Part shown: positions 36,630 to 49,523 of the stretch, piece by piece | Layout of the letters: every line of letters starts with the position of its first letter | Position numbering within the stretch: position 1 is the stretch's first letter | NCBI GenBank assembly: GCA_012522435.1 | Contig: JAAYKK010000006.1 | Coordinates: 31,413-95,412 of the forward strand | Direction: 5' to 3' | Origin: Clostridiaceae bacterium | GTDB taxonomy: Bacteria > Bacillota > Clostridia > Saccharofermentanales > DTU023 | DNA length: 64,000 nucleotides | Program-made: the position numbers and the translations under genes | The notes under the pieces: model-generated | The model's database searches: none | The model's input: the letters and a program-made list of their open reading frames with translations, nothing else | Told to the model about the DNA's origin: nothing

Positions 36630-37661
36630 ATGGCATATTTATATAATGAAAGCTGGCAAAGATTATTGGAATATTTAAGAAGTTACAAAATGGGAATTTC
36701 TAAACAAAGAAAATGGTTAGAACAATTTGTTTCAATTTCGGAAATGTTTGATTATTTAGCTCGTAAGCTGAATAGATCATTTGAATTAATTCAAACATCG
36801 CTCAAAGAGGAAATTAAGGTTGTGACCATTATTGACAGCGATTATCCTAAATTATTAAAAGAAATCAATGATCCACCTGCAATCTTATTCCTTTTAGGAA
36901 ACGATTTAAATTATGATGAAAAACTAACTGTCAGTGTGATTGGCAGTAGGTATTCCACAAATTACGGAGAGAGAGTAGCTAGAATGATCGTTGAATCATT
37001 AAAACACAAAAATCGGACAATTATTAGCGGAATGGCTGTAGGAATAGATTCAATCGCACAAATTACTGCACTTAAAAGTGGCATGAATTCAATTGCTGTC
37101 TTAGGATCAGGCGTTGATGTATGTTACCCACAGTCCCAATTCAGATTATATCAGGACTTAATCAACCAGGGCAGTATTGTTAGTGAATATCCACCGGGGA
37201 CCCCGGCTAGATCTTATCATTTTCCGGCTAGAAATAGAATAATCAGCGGACTAAGTTCTGCATTGATCGTAGCAGAAGCAGGTCTTAAATCAGGTACGAT
37301 GATCACTGCTGAGTACGCAGCTAATCAAGGTAGAGATGTATTTGCCATTCCAGGTTCGATCTTCATGAAGCAAAGCCAAGGTTGCCATCAGTTAATAAAC
37401 GATGGGGCAAAAATTATTGTAGATCAAACTTCAATCTTAAGTTTATCATCTGAATTCGGATCTACTATTCCAAACAGTGAACTCAAAGTATTAGAGATCA
37501 TTCATCAATTTCAGCCCAATTATTATGAGTTGATCAGTTTAATTAAGTCAGAAACTTCTGAGTTGTCTATATTATTAGGGAAATTAGAAGCATTAGGTTA
37601 CATTGAACTGCAATTCGGAAAATTTTGTTTAACTGATCATGGAATGAGCCTTTTAGTTTAA
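36630..37661 (+). CDS. dprA: DNA processing protein DprA/Smf
   Basis: VIGSRYST.YG, SGMAVGIDS, GTMITAEYA..QGRDVFAIPG. Confidence 0.9.
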   Translation: MAYLYNESWQRLLEYLRSYKMGISKQRKWLEQFVSISEMFDYLARKLNRSFELIQTSLKEEIKVVTIIDSDYPKLLKEINDPPAILFLLGNDLNYDEKLTVSVIGSRYSTNYGERVARMIVESLKHKNRTIISGMAVGIDSIAQITALKSGMNSIAVLGSGVDVCYPQSQFRLYQDLINQGSIVSEYPPGTPARSYHFPARNRIISGLSSALIVAEAGLKSGTMITAEYAANQGRDVFAIPGSIFMKQSQGCHQLINDGAKIIVDQTSILSLSSEFGSTIPNSELKVLEIIHQFQPNYYELISLIKSETSELSILLGKLEALGYIELQFGKFCLTDHGMSLLV

Positions 37662-37697
37662 GATTTAGTTTTAATAAGTATTATCCAATAATATTTT

Positions 37698-37726
37698 TTG
37701 ACAGATGAATATTTATCTTGTATATA
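37698..37726 (+). promoter_or_regulatory. Sigma-A-type promoter of topA
   Basis: Consensus TTGACA - 17 nt - TATATA, about 36 nt upstream of the topA ATG. Confidence 0.6.
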
Positions 37727-37762
37727 TGTAACTTATAATTAACTCGTATACGAAAGGGCATT

Positions 37763-39952
37763 ATGGATAAAACTTTAGTAATAGTTGAATCACCTGCAAA
37801 AGCAAATACCATTAGCCGTTATTTAGGAAATAATTACACTGTTGCCGCTTCGGTCGGCCACATTAGAGATCTACCTGCATCGACTTTGGGCGTTGATGTA
37901 AAAAATGATTTTAAACCTCGCTACATTACCATGCGTGGTAAGGAGAGCGTTGTCAGAGATTTAAGAAAAATCAAAGAAGATAGTCATAATGTTTTGCTGG
38001 CTACTGACCCGGATCGTGAAGGTGAAGCAATTGCTTGGCATCTGGCCAATTTATTAGATATAGAAGAAGATACTCAGTGCAGAATTACTTTTAATGAAAT
38101 AACTAAAAAATCAGTTGAACAAGCATTAGCTGCTCCTCACCAAATAGATATGGATTTAGTTAATGCTCAGCAAGCTAGAAGAATCTTGGACCGTCTAGTA
38201 GGTTATGAATTAAGTCCTTTATTATGGAAAAAAATTCGCAAAGGATTGTCTGCCGGTAGGGTGCAGAGCGTTACGACAAAAATTGTTGTTGACCGTGAAA
38301 GAGAAATTAATGCATTTATTCCGGTTGAATATTGGTTATTAACCGCATTTTTGCGTAAGGATATCAAAGATCCTGCTTTTAGGGTTCGTTATCATGGTGA
38401 GCTGGAAGGTAAAAAGGTTGTTAAAAAATCAATTGATAATGAAGCTGAAGCTGAAGCTTTAATCTCAGATTTAGACAAAGCAGATTACATTGTACACAGA
38501 GTTACTAAGCGTCAATCAAAGCGACAATCTAAACCTCCTTACACAACCTCTACATTACAACAAGAAGCTTCTCGCAAATTAGGCTTTACTTCAGCTAGAA
38601 CTATGCGAGTTGCTCAACAACTCTATGAGGGTGTAGATTTAAAAGATCAGGGAGCGACTGCATTAATCACCTATTTAAGAACCGATTCAGTCAGAATTTC
38701 ACCAATTGCAATTGATGCTGCACGTAATTTTATAAAAACTCTACATGGAGATAAGTATTTACCTGCAAAACCGCGTTACTTTAAAAATAAAAAAGCCGCT
38801 CAAGATGCTCATGAATGTATAAGACCGGCACACTTTGACCTGTCTCCTCAGAAAATAAGACATCAATTAACCAATGAACAATTCAGATTGTACAAGTTGA
38901 TTTGGGATAAATTTATTGCCAGTCAAATGAATGCAGCTATTTTTGATACTGTTTCTTCAGATATCAAAGCTAAATCCCATATCTTCAGAGTTAGAGGCGA
39001 AACTATGAAGTTTCCCGGTTGGATGAAGCAATATGGCATGTTACCGGATACTGAAAAAGAAGAGTCAGATGAATTAAATAAAGAGATCTTACCTGAACTT
39101 GAAGTAGGAGATCTGCTCTTATTCGAAAAGCTGGAATCTGAACAGAAGTTTACAAAACCTCCGGCAAGATATACAGAAGCAAGTCTGATCAGAATTTTAG
39201 AAGAATTGGGAATTGGCAGACCATCAACTTATGCTCCTACAATATCAACTATACTTAATCGTAGATATATGGAAAAAGACGGGAGATCTTTAGTGCCGAC
39301 TAAACTCGGTTTTCTCGTAACAGAAATGTTGGAAGAACATTTTAAATCGATCGTTGATCCCGATTTTACTGCTGAAATGGAAGAAAATCTTGATGAGGTA
39401 GAAGCAGGAGAAAAAGATTGGATTGATCTATTGCATGAGTTTTATCCGGATTTTCATCGTGATATTGAGCAAGCAGATCAAAACATTGAAAAAGTCGAAA
39501 TGCCTGTCATTTCACTAGATGAAAAATGTCCAAAATGTTCCGAAGGAAATCTGGTTATCAAAGAAGGTCGCTACGGTAAGTTTATTGCATGTGATAGATA
39601 TCCGACTTGTGATTATACGAGAACTATTGAAGTTGAAGCTCCCGGTGAATGTCCACTTTGTGGTTCAGGACTATTAGAAAAAAGAGCTCGCAAACGTAGA
39701 TCTTCGAAGTTTTACGTCTGTGATAAAAAAGGAAAAGATCCGGATTGTGAATTTATAAGTTGGGATTTACCTTCGGGTAAATCTTGCGATGTCTGTGGAT
39801 CTTACATGGTAAAAAAGAGATTTAGAGGTAAAGAATACGATAAATGCAGTAATAAAGAATGCCCAACTAACGAGAAAAAGAGCAGGAAAAGTCAGAAAAG
39901 ATCTAAATCTGAAACAAATAAAAAAGGTAAGGCAAGCGAAAATTCGCAATAA
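37763..39952 (+). CDS. topA: DNA topoisomerase I
   Basis: TOPRIM (LVIVESPAKA, DPDREGE), the active-site Tyr region (ITYLRTDS), three C-terminal Cys4 zinc ribbons and a Lys-rich tail. Confidence 0.95.
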   Translation: MDKTLVIVESPAKANTISRYLGNNYTVAASVGHIRDLPASTLGVDVKNDFKPRYITMRGKESVVRDLRKIKEDSHNVLLATDPDREGEAIAWHLANLLDIEEDTQCRITFNEITKKSVEQALAAPHQIDMDLVNAQQARRILDRLVGYELSPLLWKKIRKGLSAGRVQSVTTKIVVDREREINAFIPVEYWLLTAFLRKDIKDPAFRVRYHGELEGKKVVKKSIDNEAEAEALISDLDKADYIVHRVTKRQSKRQSKPPYTTSTLQQEASRKLGFTSARTMRVAQQLYEGVDLKDQGATALITYLRTDSVRISPIAIDAARNFIKTLHGDKYLPAKPRYFKNKKAAQDAHECIRPAHFDLSPQKIRHQLTNEQFRLYKLIWDKFIASQMNAAIFDTVSSDIKAKSHIFRVRGETMKFPGWMKQYGMLPDTEKEESDELNKEILPELEVGDLLLFEKLESEQKFTKPPARYTEASLIRILEELGIGRPSTYAPTISTILNRRYMEKDGRSLVPTKLGFLVTEMLEEHFKSIVDPDFTAEMEENLDEVEAGEKDWIDLLHEFYPDFHRDIEQADQNIEKVEMPVISLDEKCPKCSEGNLVIKEGRYGKFIACDRYPTCDYTRTIEVEAPGECPLCGSGLLEKRARKRRSSKFYVCDKKGKDPDCEFISWDLPSGKSCDVCGSYMVKKRFRGKEYDKCSNKECPTNEKKSRKSQKRSKSETNKKGKASENSQ

Positions 39953-39961
39953 AATCAATCA

Positions 39962-41333
39962 ATGAGCAAAGTATATGTAATCGGTGCTGGGCTTGCCGGA
40001 TCAGAAGCTGCTTTTCAAATAGCAGAAGCAGGAATCAGGGTTAATCTAATCGAGATGAAACCGCAAACCTTTTCAGCTGCTCACCAGTCAGCAGATTTTG
40101 CTGAGCTTGTTTGCAGCAATTCATTGAGATCTAATCAAATTGAAAATGCAGTAGGTTTATTAAAAGAAGAATTGCGTCTGAACAATTCTCTAATAATTGA
40201 AGTTGCAGACATTACACGGGTACCTGCAGGTGGGGCCTTAGCTGTAGATCGGAATAATTTTTCTCGTTTGATTACAGAAAAAATCAGGAAACATCCTTTA
40301 ATAACAATAGAACGTAGAGAAGTAAAAGCATTATCAGAATTCGATCTGGATAAAGATTTTGTGATTGTAGCCAGTGGGCCTCTAACTTCAAGTTCATTAT
40401 TTAATGATTTAAAGAAAATGCTGGGAGCTGATGACCTTTATTTCTTTGATGCAATTGCACCAATTGTAGATGCTGAAAGTATAGATCGTAAAAAAGTTTT
40501 TGCCGCTTCGCGTTATGATAAGGGCGAGGGTGAATATCTTAACTGTCCATTTACTGAAGAGGAATACGAGTCTTTTTATGCTGAATTAATCAAAGCAAAA
40601 ACGACAAAAGTCGAAGCGTTTGATGATATTAAATTATTTCAAGGTTGTTTACCGATTGAATCGATTGCTAAACAAGGCAAAGAAACACTTTTATACGGTC
40701 CTCTCAAACCAGTTGGATTAATTGATCCGAAGATCGGACGTCAACCATATGCAGTTGTTCAATTACGGCAAGATAATCAAGCCGGGTCTTTATTTAATCT
40801 GGTAGGATTTCAAACAAGATTAACATTTCCTGAACAAAAACGAGTTTTTAGTTTAATTCCCGGATTAGAAGCTGCTGTTTTTGAACGATTCGGTGTGATG
40901 CATAGAAATTCATTTCTTAATTCGCCTAAACATCTTAATTTAGGCTATCAACACAACAGACTGTCAAATCTTTATTTTGCCGGACAAATTACCGGTGTAG
41001 AAGGTTATGTTGAGTCAGTCGGTTCGGGATTTGTTGCTGCGAAGTCTCTGATAAACAATTATCTCAATATAAAACCGGAGGAGTTACCACTCTATTTGCA
41101 TCCTGAAACTATTTTAGGCGGACTTGCTCATTATGTAAGTTTGGCAGAAACAAAGAACTTTCAACCGATGAATGCAAATTTCGGGTTGGTTCCCGGTCTA
41201 GATCGTTCAGAATTAAAGCAGATAAAAAATAAATATTCGCTTAAAGCAAAAGGTAGAAGATTAAGACGTCAAGTCTATGCATTACGTGCTTTAAGTCATT
41301 ACAAAGATGTAAAGGAAGAAACGCAAAATTTAA

Positions 41334-41347
<14 letters not shown>
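39962..41347 (+). CDS. trmFO: Methylenetetrahydrofolate--tRNA-(uracil54-C5)-methyltransferase
   Basis: FAD-binding VIGAGLAGSEAA, ELVCSNSLR, GQITGVEGYVES. Conserved topA-trmFO adjacency. Confidence 0.92.
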
Positions 41348-43492
<2,145 letters not shown>

Positions 43493-43557
43493 TGGTAATA
43501 TTGTCAAGTATCTTGACGAAAAAATAAATTTATTTTACATAAATAAGGAGTTAATTA

Positions 43558-44001
43558 ATGTTACAAAACTTTACTATTCTGCTTGAAGCAAACGTTGATC
43601 AAGCTAAACCGGGTGGCGGAAATTTATTGATGTCTCTTTTACCGATGATCTTAATTTTCGGTTTAATGTACTTATTGATGGTTCGCCCTCAAAAAAGAGA
43701 AGAGAAAAAAATGCGTGAGCAAATTAATGCTATGCGCGTTGGTGATTCAGTCGTTACTATCGGTGGTGTTGTCGGTAAGATCATGAATCTTTCAGATGAT
43801 GAAGTTACTATAGCCACATCTGTAGCCAACACTATGATGACATTTAAGAAGCAGGCAATCAGTACTGTTATTCAAAGTGAAGAAAATAAGAAATTGGCAG
43901 AAAAAGAGAGGGAACTGTCCGGTGAGCCGGAAAAGAAGAGTTTCTTTGATCGCTTCAAAAAAGACAAAGATGATTCGACTAGTAATTCGCCGGAAAAATA
44001 A
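43558..44001 (+). CDS. yajC: Preprotein translocase subunit YajC with extended charged C-terminus
   Basis: TM helix, then RPQKREEKKMRE...VGD.V.TIGG..GKI. Follows queA-tgt as in many bacteria. Confidence 0.85.
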   Translation: MLQNFTILLEANVDQAKPGGGNLLMSLLPMILIFGLMYLLMVRPQKREEKKMREQINAMRVGDSVVTIGGVVGKIMNLSDDEVTIATSVANTMMTFKKQAISTVIQSEENKKLAEKERELSGEPEKKSFFDRFKKDKDDSTSNSPEK

Positions 44002-44141
44002 ACAATATTATTATTCTTAATTACGAATTTTAAATTAATTAATGATTTTGTTTGATTAAGGACAAAAATTATTTTAAGATAAACAGTGGAACATTCCTCT
44101 TTTTGTCGTATTGGACTAATAGGGCAAAGGGAGGATTTTTA

Positions 44142-46010
44142 ATGTCCGGATTTATTCCACAAGAAATAATAAATCAAGTAATTGAACAGACCGACATTGT
44201 TCCGGTTGTTGAACAGTACGTAAAACTAAGCAAAAAAAGTTCTGCCAATTACTTTGGACTGTGTCCTTTCCACTCCGAAACAAATGCTTCTTTTAGTGTT
44301 TCTCCCGGGAAACAGATTTACTATTGTTTCAGCTGTCAAAAAGGAGGTAATGTAATTAAATTTTTACAAGATATTGAAAATATTACATTTCCTGAAGCAG
44401 TTAGAATGTTAGCTCAGAGACTTAATCTTGAGATTCCAGTTGGCGATTCAAAACAATATCAAGAAAATCAAACTGAAAGAAAAATACAACAAAATTTGCA
44501 TCTCGAGGCAGTTCGCTTTTTTTATCGAAATCTTGAGAGCAATGCCGGCAAACCTATTAAAGAATATATGAGAAAACGAGGTTTCTCAGCAGAAACATTA
44601 AAAAAATTTGGTATAGGTTATGCTGATCCTGAATGGAACAGTTTAGCAAATTATTTAACTGAAAAAGGTTTTACCGAAGAGCAAATGCTTGCATCAGGCA
44701 TCATTCGTAAAAGCAGTCGCAATACATTGATCGATCTATTTAGAGATAGAGTGATGATTCCTATTTTCCCAAGTCACGGCAGGTATGTGATCGGATTTGG
44801 CGGTAGAGCGATCAAAGATGATAATGAACCTAAGTACATCAACTCTCCGGAAACCATACTCTATCATAAAAGTAAAAATTTATTTGCAATGAATTTAGTG
44901 CGCAAATTAAGACCATTTCCTGAAACCTTAATTATTAGTGAAGGCTATATGGATGTAATGGCATTGCACCAAGCGGGATTTCCAAATACAGTTGCCAGCT
45001 TGGGAACTGCATTAACTGAAGAACAAGCAAGATTAATCGACCGATATGCAAAAAAAATAGTGATTGCCTATGACTCTGATCAAGCCGGTATCAATGCTAC
45101 TATTAGAGCTATTGAAATTTTTGAAAAGTTTAATCTTGAAATTAAAGTTTTAGACTTTGGAGATTTCAAAGATCCGGATAATTACATTATTCAAAACGGT
45201 AAAGCCAGATTCGAAGCCTTAGTTAACGAAGCCATCTCAGCTTTAGATTTTCAAATAAATTTGTTTAGAATTAATTCCAGAGATAGCTCAGGTGAGTTGG
45301 ATTTAAACCGTTATACAGCTCAAGTAGCAGAATTACTTGCCAAGTTGGACAGTGCGATTATGATTGAAGTTTATGCTAAAAGACTGGCCGATGAAATCAA
45401 TGTTTCAAGTGATACTATTTTGTTTGATATAAATCGTGTCCAACAACAAAACGAGCAAAAACAAAAGCAAACTTTATCGCAGCGCGCTGTATCCGGCGAT
45501 GATCAAATAAAGCCTGAATTAAAAGGACATAAAATAAAACAAAGAAGTCAAGCTGAGGAAAAAAAGTATATAGGTTATCAATGGTTGTTGCTGGCATTAT
45601 TAAGTAATTCTCCTGATCTGTTTAGTTCGATCGACAATAGATTTGTTCCGGATTTGTTTAGTAGCGATGTTCTTAAAGAACTTGCAGAGAGGCTAAGATC
45701 GTCCGTCATTAATCAACAAATTTCTATTCAAACTTTAGTTTCTTGGACTGAGGAATTAAATGAACAGGACACAAGTACTGATTACAATAAACAATTATTG
45801 CCTATATTGATGGCTTTGGATGATGATCAAATTCGCACGGATCAAGATTTATTGTTGGATGTTTTGGGAAAACTCGAATACTATACTGCTCAAAATAAGC
45901 AGTCAGAAATATTAATGCTTTTGCAAGATAAAGAAATCAACAATAAGCAACGCGAACAGCTCCTAAAAGAGTTGTCTGAAATAAATAAAAAAATAAGTTT
46001 ACAGAAATAA
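44142..46010 (+). CDS. dnaG: DNA primase
   Basis: Zinc finger CPFHSE...YCFSCQKGGN and TOPRIM (EGYMDV, YDSDQAG). GGGAGG precedes the ATG at 44142. Confidence 0.93.
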   Translation: MSGFIPQEIINQVIEQTDIVPVVEQYVKLSKKSSANYFGLCPFHSETNASFSVSPGKQIYYCFSCQKGGNVIKFLQDIENITFPEAVRMLAQRLNLEIPVGDSKQYQENQTERKIQQNLHLEAVRFFYRNLESNAGKPIKEYMRKRGFSAETLKKFGIGYADPEWNSLANYLTEKGFTEEQMLASGIIRKSSRNTLIDLFRDRVMIPIFPSHGRYVIGFGGRAIKDDNEPKYINSPETILYHKSKNLFAMNLVRKLRPFPETLIISEGYMDVMALHQAGFPNTVASLGTALTEEQARLIDRYAKKIVIAYDSDQAGINATIRAIEIFEKFNLEIKVLDFGDFKDPDNYIIQNGKARFEALVNEAISALDFQINLFRINSRDSSGELDLNRYTAQVAELLAKLDSAIMIEVYAKRLADEINVSSDTILFDINRVQQQNEQKQKQTLSQRAVSGDDQIKPELKGHKIKQRSQAEEKKYIGYQWLLLALLSNSPDLFSSIDNRFVPDLFSSDVLKELAERLRSSVINQQISIQTLVSWTEELNEQDTSTDYNKQLLPILMALDDDQIRTDQDLLLDVLGKLEYYTAQNKQSEILMLLQDKEINNKQREQLLKELSEINKKISLQK

Positions 46011-46055
46011 AATATAACACAATATCTTAATTATAGAGGGAAGGGAAAAGAGTAA

Positions 46056-47147
46056 ATGAGTAAAGCAAAGAAAAAAGCTAAACCTGCAGTTGAAACAAAA
46101 GAAGAAAGAGCGATTATTTCGTTAATTAATCGAGGAAAACGTAAGGATAAAGAACTTACTCAACAAGAAATCCTGGATTATCTTGAATCTATTAAATTGC
46201 ATGAAGATTATCTGGATCAGGTAATTGAAGGCTTGCTTGATGCAGGGATTGAGGTTATTGAAGATGATCAGGATGAAGAAGTTGATGAAAACGACGGTCG
46301 AATTTTCACTGAAGCCGTAATTGTTGACGATCCGGTCAGAATGTACTTAAAAGAAATCGGTCGAGTTGATTTATTGACTGCAGATCAAGAAAAAGAATTA
46401 GCAGCTCGTATGGAAATGGGAGACGATGGAGCAAAAGATCATCTGACAACAGCTAACTTGCGTTTAGTTGTGAGTATTGCCAAACGTTATACAGGCAGAG
46501 GATTATCCTTCCTCGATCTAATTCAAGAAGGAAATTTAGGTTTAATTAAAGCAGTTGACAAATTTGATTACAGAAAAGGTTATAAATTCTCTACATATGC
46601 TACATGGTGGATCAGACAAGCTATTACCAGAGCAATTGCAGATCAGGCAAGAACAATACGGATTCCTGTACATATGGTTGAGACTATTAATAAAATGATT
46701 AGAATTCAAAGGCAATTATTGCAAAAACTAGGCCGTGAACCGGAACCGGAAGAAGTGGCTGTTGAAATGGAGATCACAGTTGATAAAGTTCGTGAAATTA
46801 TGAAAATTTCTCAAGAACCGGTGTCTCTGGAAAAGCCGATAGGTGAAGAAGAAGACAGCTTCTTGGGAGATTTTATTCCGGATGATGATGCACCTTCACC
46901 ATCAGAACAAGCTTCATTCGCATTACTCAAAGAGCAACTCTTCGAAGTGTTAAAAGAGCTTGCACCGCGCGAAGAAAAAGTCTTACGTTTGCGTTTCGGC
47001 TTAGATGACGGTAGAACAAGAACTTTGGAAGAAGTGGGTCGTGAATTTGATGTAACCAGAGAAAGAATTCGTCAAATTGAAGCCAAAGCTTTGCGCAAAT
47101 TACGTCATCCTTCACGTAGCCAAAAACTTAAAGACTATTTAGATTAA
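46056..47147 (+). CDS. sigA: Primary RNA polymerase sigma factor (sigma-70/SigA)
   Basis: Region 2 ([37 protein letters not shown]) and region 4 ([27 protein letters not shown]). Confidence 0.97.
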   Translation: MSKAKKKAKPAVETKEERAIISLINRGKRKDKELTQQEILDYLESIKLHEDYLDQVIEGLLDAGIEVIEDDQDEEVDENDGRIFTEAVIVDDPVRMYLKEIGRVDLLTADQEKELAARMEMGDDGAKDHLTTANLRLVVSIAKRYTGRGLSFLDLIQEGNLGLIKAVDKFDYRKGYKFSTYATWWIRQAITRAIADQARTIRIPVHMVETINKMIRIQRQLLQKLGREPEPEEVAVEMEITVDKVREIMKISQEPVSLEKPIGEEEDSFLGDFIPDDDAPSPSEQASFALLKEQLFEVLKELAPREEKVLRLRFGLDDGRTRTLEEVGREFDVTRERIRQIEAKALRKLRHPSRSQKLKDYLD

Positions 47148-47148
47148 G

Positions 47149-47841
47149 ATGAAATTCAATTATAGCAAGAGAATCTTAGCCTTAACCCAATGGATTGAGG
47201 CGGATTCTTTTGTGATTGATGTTGGCACCGATCATGCCCATTTGCCCTTAGCGCTTGTAGAGCTTGGAATTACCAGAAAAATACTCGCAATAGATAACAA
47301 CTTGAAACCTCTGGCAACAGCTGAGAAAAACATTATACATGCAGGTTTTAACGATATAATACAATTACGCTTAAATGATGGTTTAAGAAATATTAATCTG
47401 AATGGAAATGAAACAATAGTTATCTCCGGACTGGGCGGAATGCTGATCAGCAGTATTTTAGCAGAAGCAAAACAAGGTATTAAAATTAATCAGAAATTTA
47501 TTCTGCAACCGAACTGGACTTGGTTTGAATTACGAAAATGGCTGGCTGGGAACGGTTTTAAAATAGTAAAAGAACAAATAGTTGCTGAACAAAATAAACT
47601 GTATAGCCAATTGTTAGTTCATTATACAGGTGAAGAATACCATATTTCAGATACTGATGCTTTTTGTGGAATAAACATTCAACATAATCACAATTCGGCA
47701 AGTGAAATGGAAATTTACAAATCCTATTTGAGCAGATTAAAACGCCTAGCTACACTCAAAGCGAGAAGTGTTGATTCTTACAGTGATATTGTAAAGCGTA
47801 TCAATCATAAGCTAGAGAATTTAAGACAAATCTATTACTAG
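47149..47841 (+). CDS. trmK: tRNA (adenine22-N1)-methyltransferase TrmK/YqfN-like
   Basis: SAM-binding DVGTDHAHLP and ISGLGG. Position after sigA matches B. subtilis yqfN. Confidence 0.7.
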   Translation: MKFNYSKRILALTQWIEADSFVIDVGTDHAHLPLALVELGITRKILAIDNNLKPLATAEKNIIHAGFNDIIQLRLNDGLRNINLNGNETIVISGLGGMLISSILAEAKQGIKINQKFILQPNWTWFELRKWLAGNGFKIVKEQIVAEQNKLYSQLLVHYTGEEYHISDTDAFCGINIQHNHNSASEMEIYKSYLSRLKRLATLKARSVDSYSDIVKRINHKLENLRQIYY

Positions 47842-47868
47842 AAGAATATATATTCCGCGGAGGAAATT

Positions 47869-48675
47869 TTGACTACTCACAGAGAGATTTACAACTATTT
47901 AAATAAAATAGCGCCTTATGAAGATGCTGAAGATTGGGATCCAACCGGACCTACACTGGGTTGGCTAGACGATCAGACTACAGCTGCAGTGATCAGTTTA
48001 GACTTAACAAGTCAAGCATATGAACTTGCTCTTAAAAATAAATGTAATTTGATCATCACTCATCATCCTTTTATTTTTTCACCGATCAACCAACTAATCA
48101 CAGATGATTTTGAACAAGGATTATTATTAAAGCTTGCCGAGAAGAGAATTAGTTCTATTTCCTGTCATACTAATCTTGATGCGGCAATCGAAGGAGTTGC
48201 TACAGCATTTGTTGAGACAGCATTAACCAAAGACAGCTATCTAAAAAATCCTGAAATACTGATTCCATTGGAAGATAAAGCTGAAGTAGGGCATGGTAGA
48301 ATTGTAACGCTCAATCAGGAACAATTACTAAGTAAACTATTGGTCCAAGTTGAGCACAATCTTAGTTCAAGAATACAAGTAAATACTGATCAGGATAGAG
48401 ATGTAAAAAGAATCGCATTTACTCCGGGAGCTTTTGAAGAATCTTGGATACCTGAACTGAAAAAACAAAATATCGATCTGCTAATAACAGGGGAAATAAA
48501 ACATCATGCAACTGTTATGTTGCATGAAAGATCAATTGCATTATTTGCGGCAGGACACGGGGCTTCTGAGCAAACAGTTATCCCATTGTTAAAACACAAA
48601 TTAGCAGAAGAATTTTCCGAGATTTATTTTGTAGAAAATCCGGGAATCAATTATAATCGATTAAGATCTGAGTAA
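47869..48675 (+). CDS. Nif3-like dinuclear metal centre protein (YqfO/GTP cyclohydrolase 1 type 2 homolog)
   Basis: ITHHP.IF, SCHTNLD and GHGASE motifs. GGAGG lies 5 nt before the TTG start. Confidence 0.85.
   Translation: MTTHREIYNYLNKIAPYEDAEDWDPTGPTLGWLDDQTTAAVISLDLTSQAYELALKNKCNLIITHHPFIFSPINQLITDDFEQGLLLKLAEKRISSISCHTNLDAAIEGVATAFVETALTKDSYLKNPEILIPLEDKAEVGHGRIVTLNQEQLLSKLLVQVEHNLSSRIQVNTDQDRDVKRIAFTPGAFEESWIPELKKQNIDLLITGEIKHHATVMLHERSIALFAAGHGASEQTVIPLLKHKLAEEFSEIYFVENPGINYNRLRSE
48629..48657 (+). promoter_or_regulatory. Candidate rnpB promoter embedded in the 3' end of the nif3-like CDS
   Basis: TTGTAG - 17 nt - TATAAT. The -10 ends 7 nt before nt 48664, the first base of the predicted P1 helix. 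Confidence 0.5.
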
Positions 48676-49016
48676 ACTGGACAATCGCGGCTGCAAAGAC
48701 GAAAGTCTGCAGATGAGGAAAGTCCGGGCTTCATAGGGCACAGGCGCCGGGTAGTTCCCGGTGAAGGTGACTTTAAGGAAAGTGCAACAGAAAATATACC
48801 GCCGAGCAATCGGTAAGGGTGGAATGGTGAGGTAAGAGCTCACCGGCGGTTTGGTAACAATCCGGCCTTGTAAACCCCGTCTGAAGCAACACCGTGGCAA
48901 GAAACACATAGTGTGACCCGCACGTTTCATGGAGGTGGCTTGAATCCAAGTGAGAGCTTGGATCTAGATAGATGATTGTCTTAGACAGAACCCGGCTTAC
49001 AGGTTTACTCAGATCT
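48664..49016 (+). ncRNA. rnpB: RNase P RNA (class A-like bacterial architecture)
   Basis: P4 halves GAGGAAAGTCCGGGC and ACAGAACCCGGCTTA. Also AGTGCAACAGAAA and GGTAAGGGTG..GGTGAGGTAAGAGCTCACC..GGTAACA, as in E. coli M1 RNA. A 14-bp perfect P1 pairs 48664-48677 with 49003-49016. Confidence 0.92.
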
Positions 49017-49140
49017 TTATTTATCTTAACCGTAACAATTGTGTGGAGTTCACAAATTACTTTAGCAATCTTAATATTTGATGTATAATAGCCCTAGAAC
49101 TCAGAATTTAATAAGTTTATCAGAAAAGGAGAAATTATAT

Positions 49141-49509
49141 ATGAGAGAATTATTAGGAAATGTATTTGGTTACGAAAAGAAATCTGACGCCAATGCCAAG
49201 ATTGTCATCGGTGCATTATCCGGCTTCCTACTTGGTGCAGCTGCAGGCTTATTATTTGCACCTCAATCCGGTAAAGAAACCCGTGATGATATTGCCCGAG
49301 CAGCAGAAAAAGGCTATGAAAAAGCTGTAGAAACTTCCAAAAATGTTGCTGGATTTGTAAAAGATAAAAGCCAAGAAGTTTCTGAAAAGTTTTTGCAAAA
49401 AAGAGACAAAGTAGTAGAAGATGCAGCAGAAGCAGTTGCTGAAGTTGCTGATAAAGTTTCAGATAAGGCTGAAGATGTCGCCAAAGATGCTAAAGCAAAA
49501 CAATCTTAA
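49141..49509 (+). CDS. YtxH-domain protein (general-stress-type membrane-anchored protein)
   Basis: GALSGFLLGAAAGLLFAPQSGKETRDDI is the YtxH signature. Ala/Lys/Glu-rich helical tail. AAGGAG precedes the ATG at 49141. Confidence 0.7.
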   Translation: MRELLGNVFGYEKKSDANAKIVIGALSGFLLGAAAGLLFAPQSGKETRDDIARAAEKGYEKAVETSKNVAGFVKDKSQEVSEKFLQKRDKVVEDAAEAVAEVADKVSDKAEDVAKDAKAKQS

Positions 49510-49523
49510 GAATCGGTGATATT

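Noticed and set aside
48661-48930. 89-aa minus-strand ORF
   Set aside because: It lies entirely inside the RNase P RNA gene. Its relative GC-richness and openness are explained by the structured RNA.
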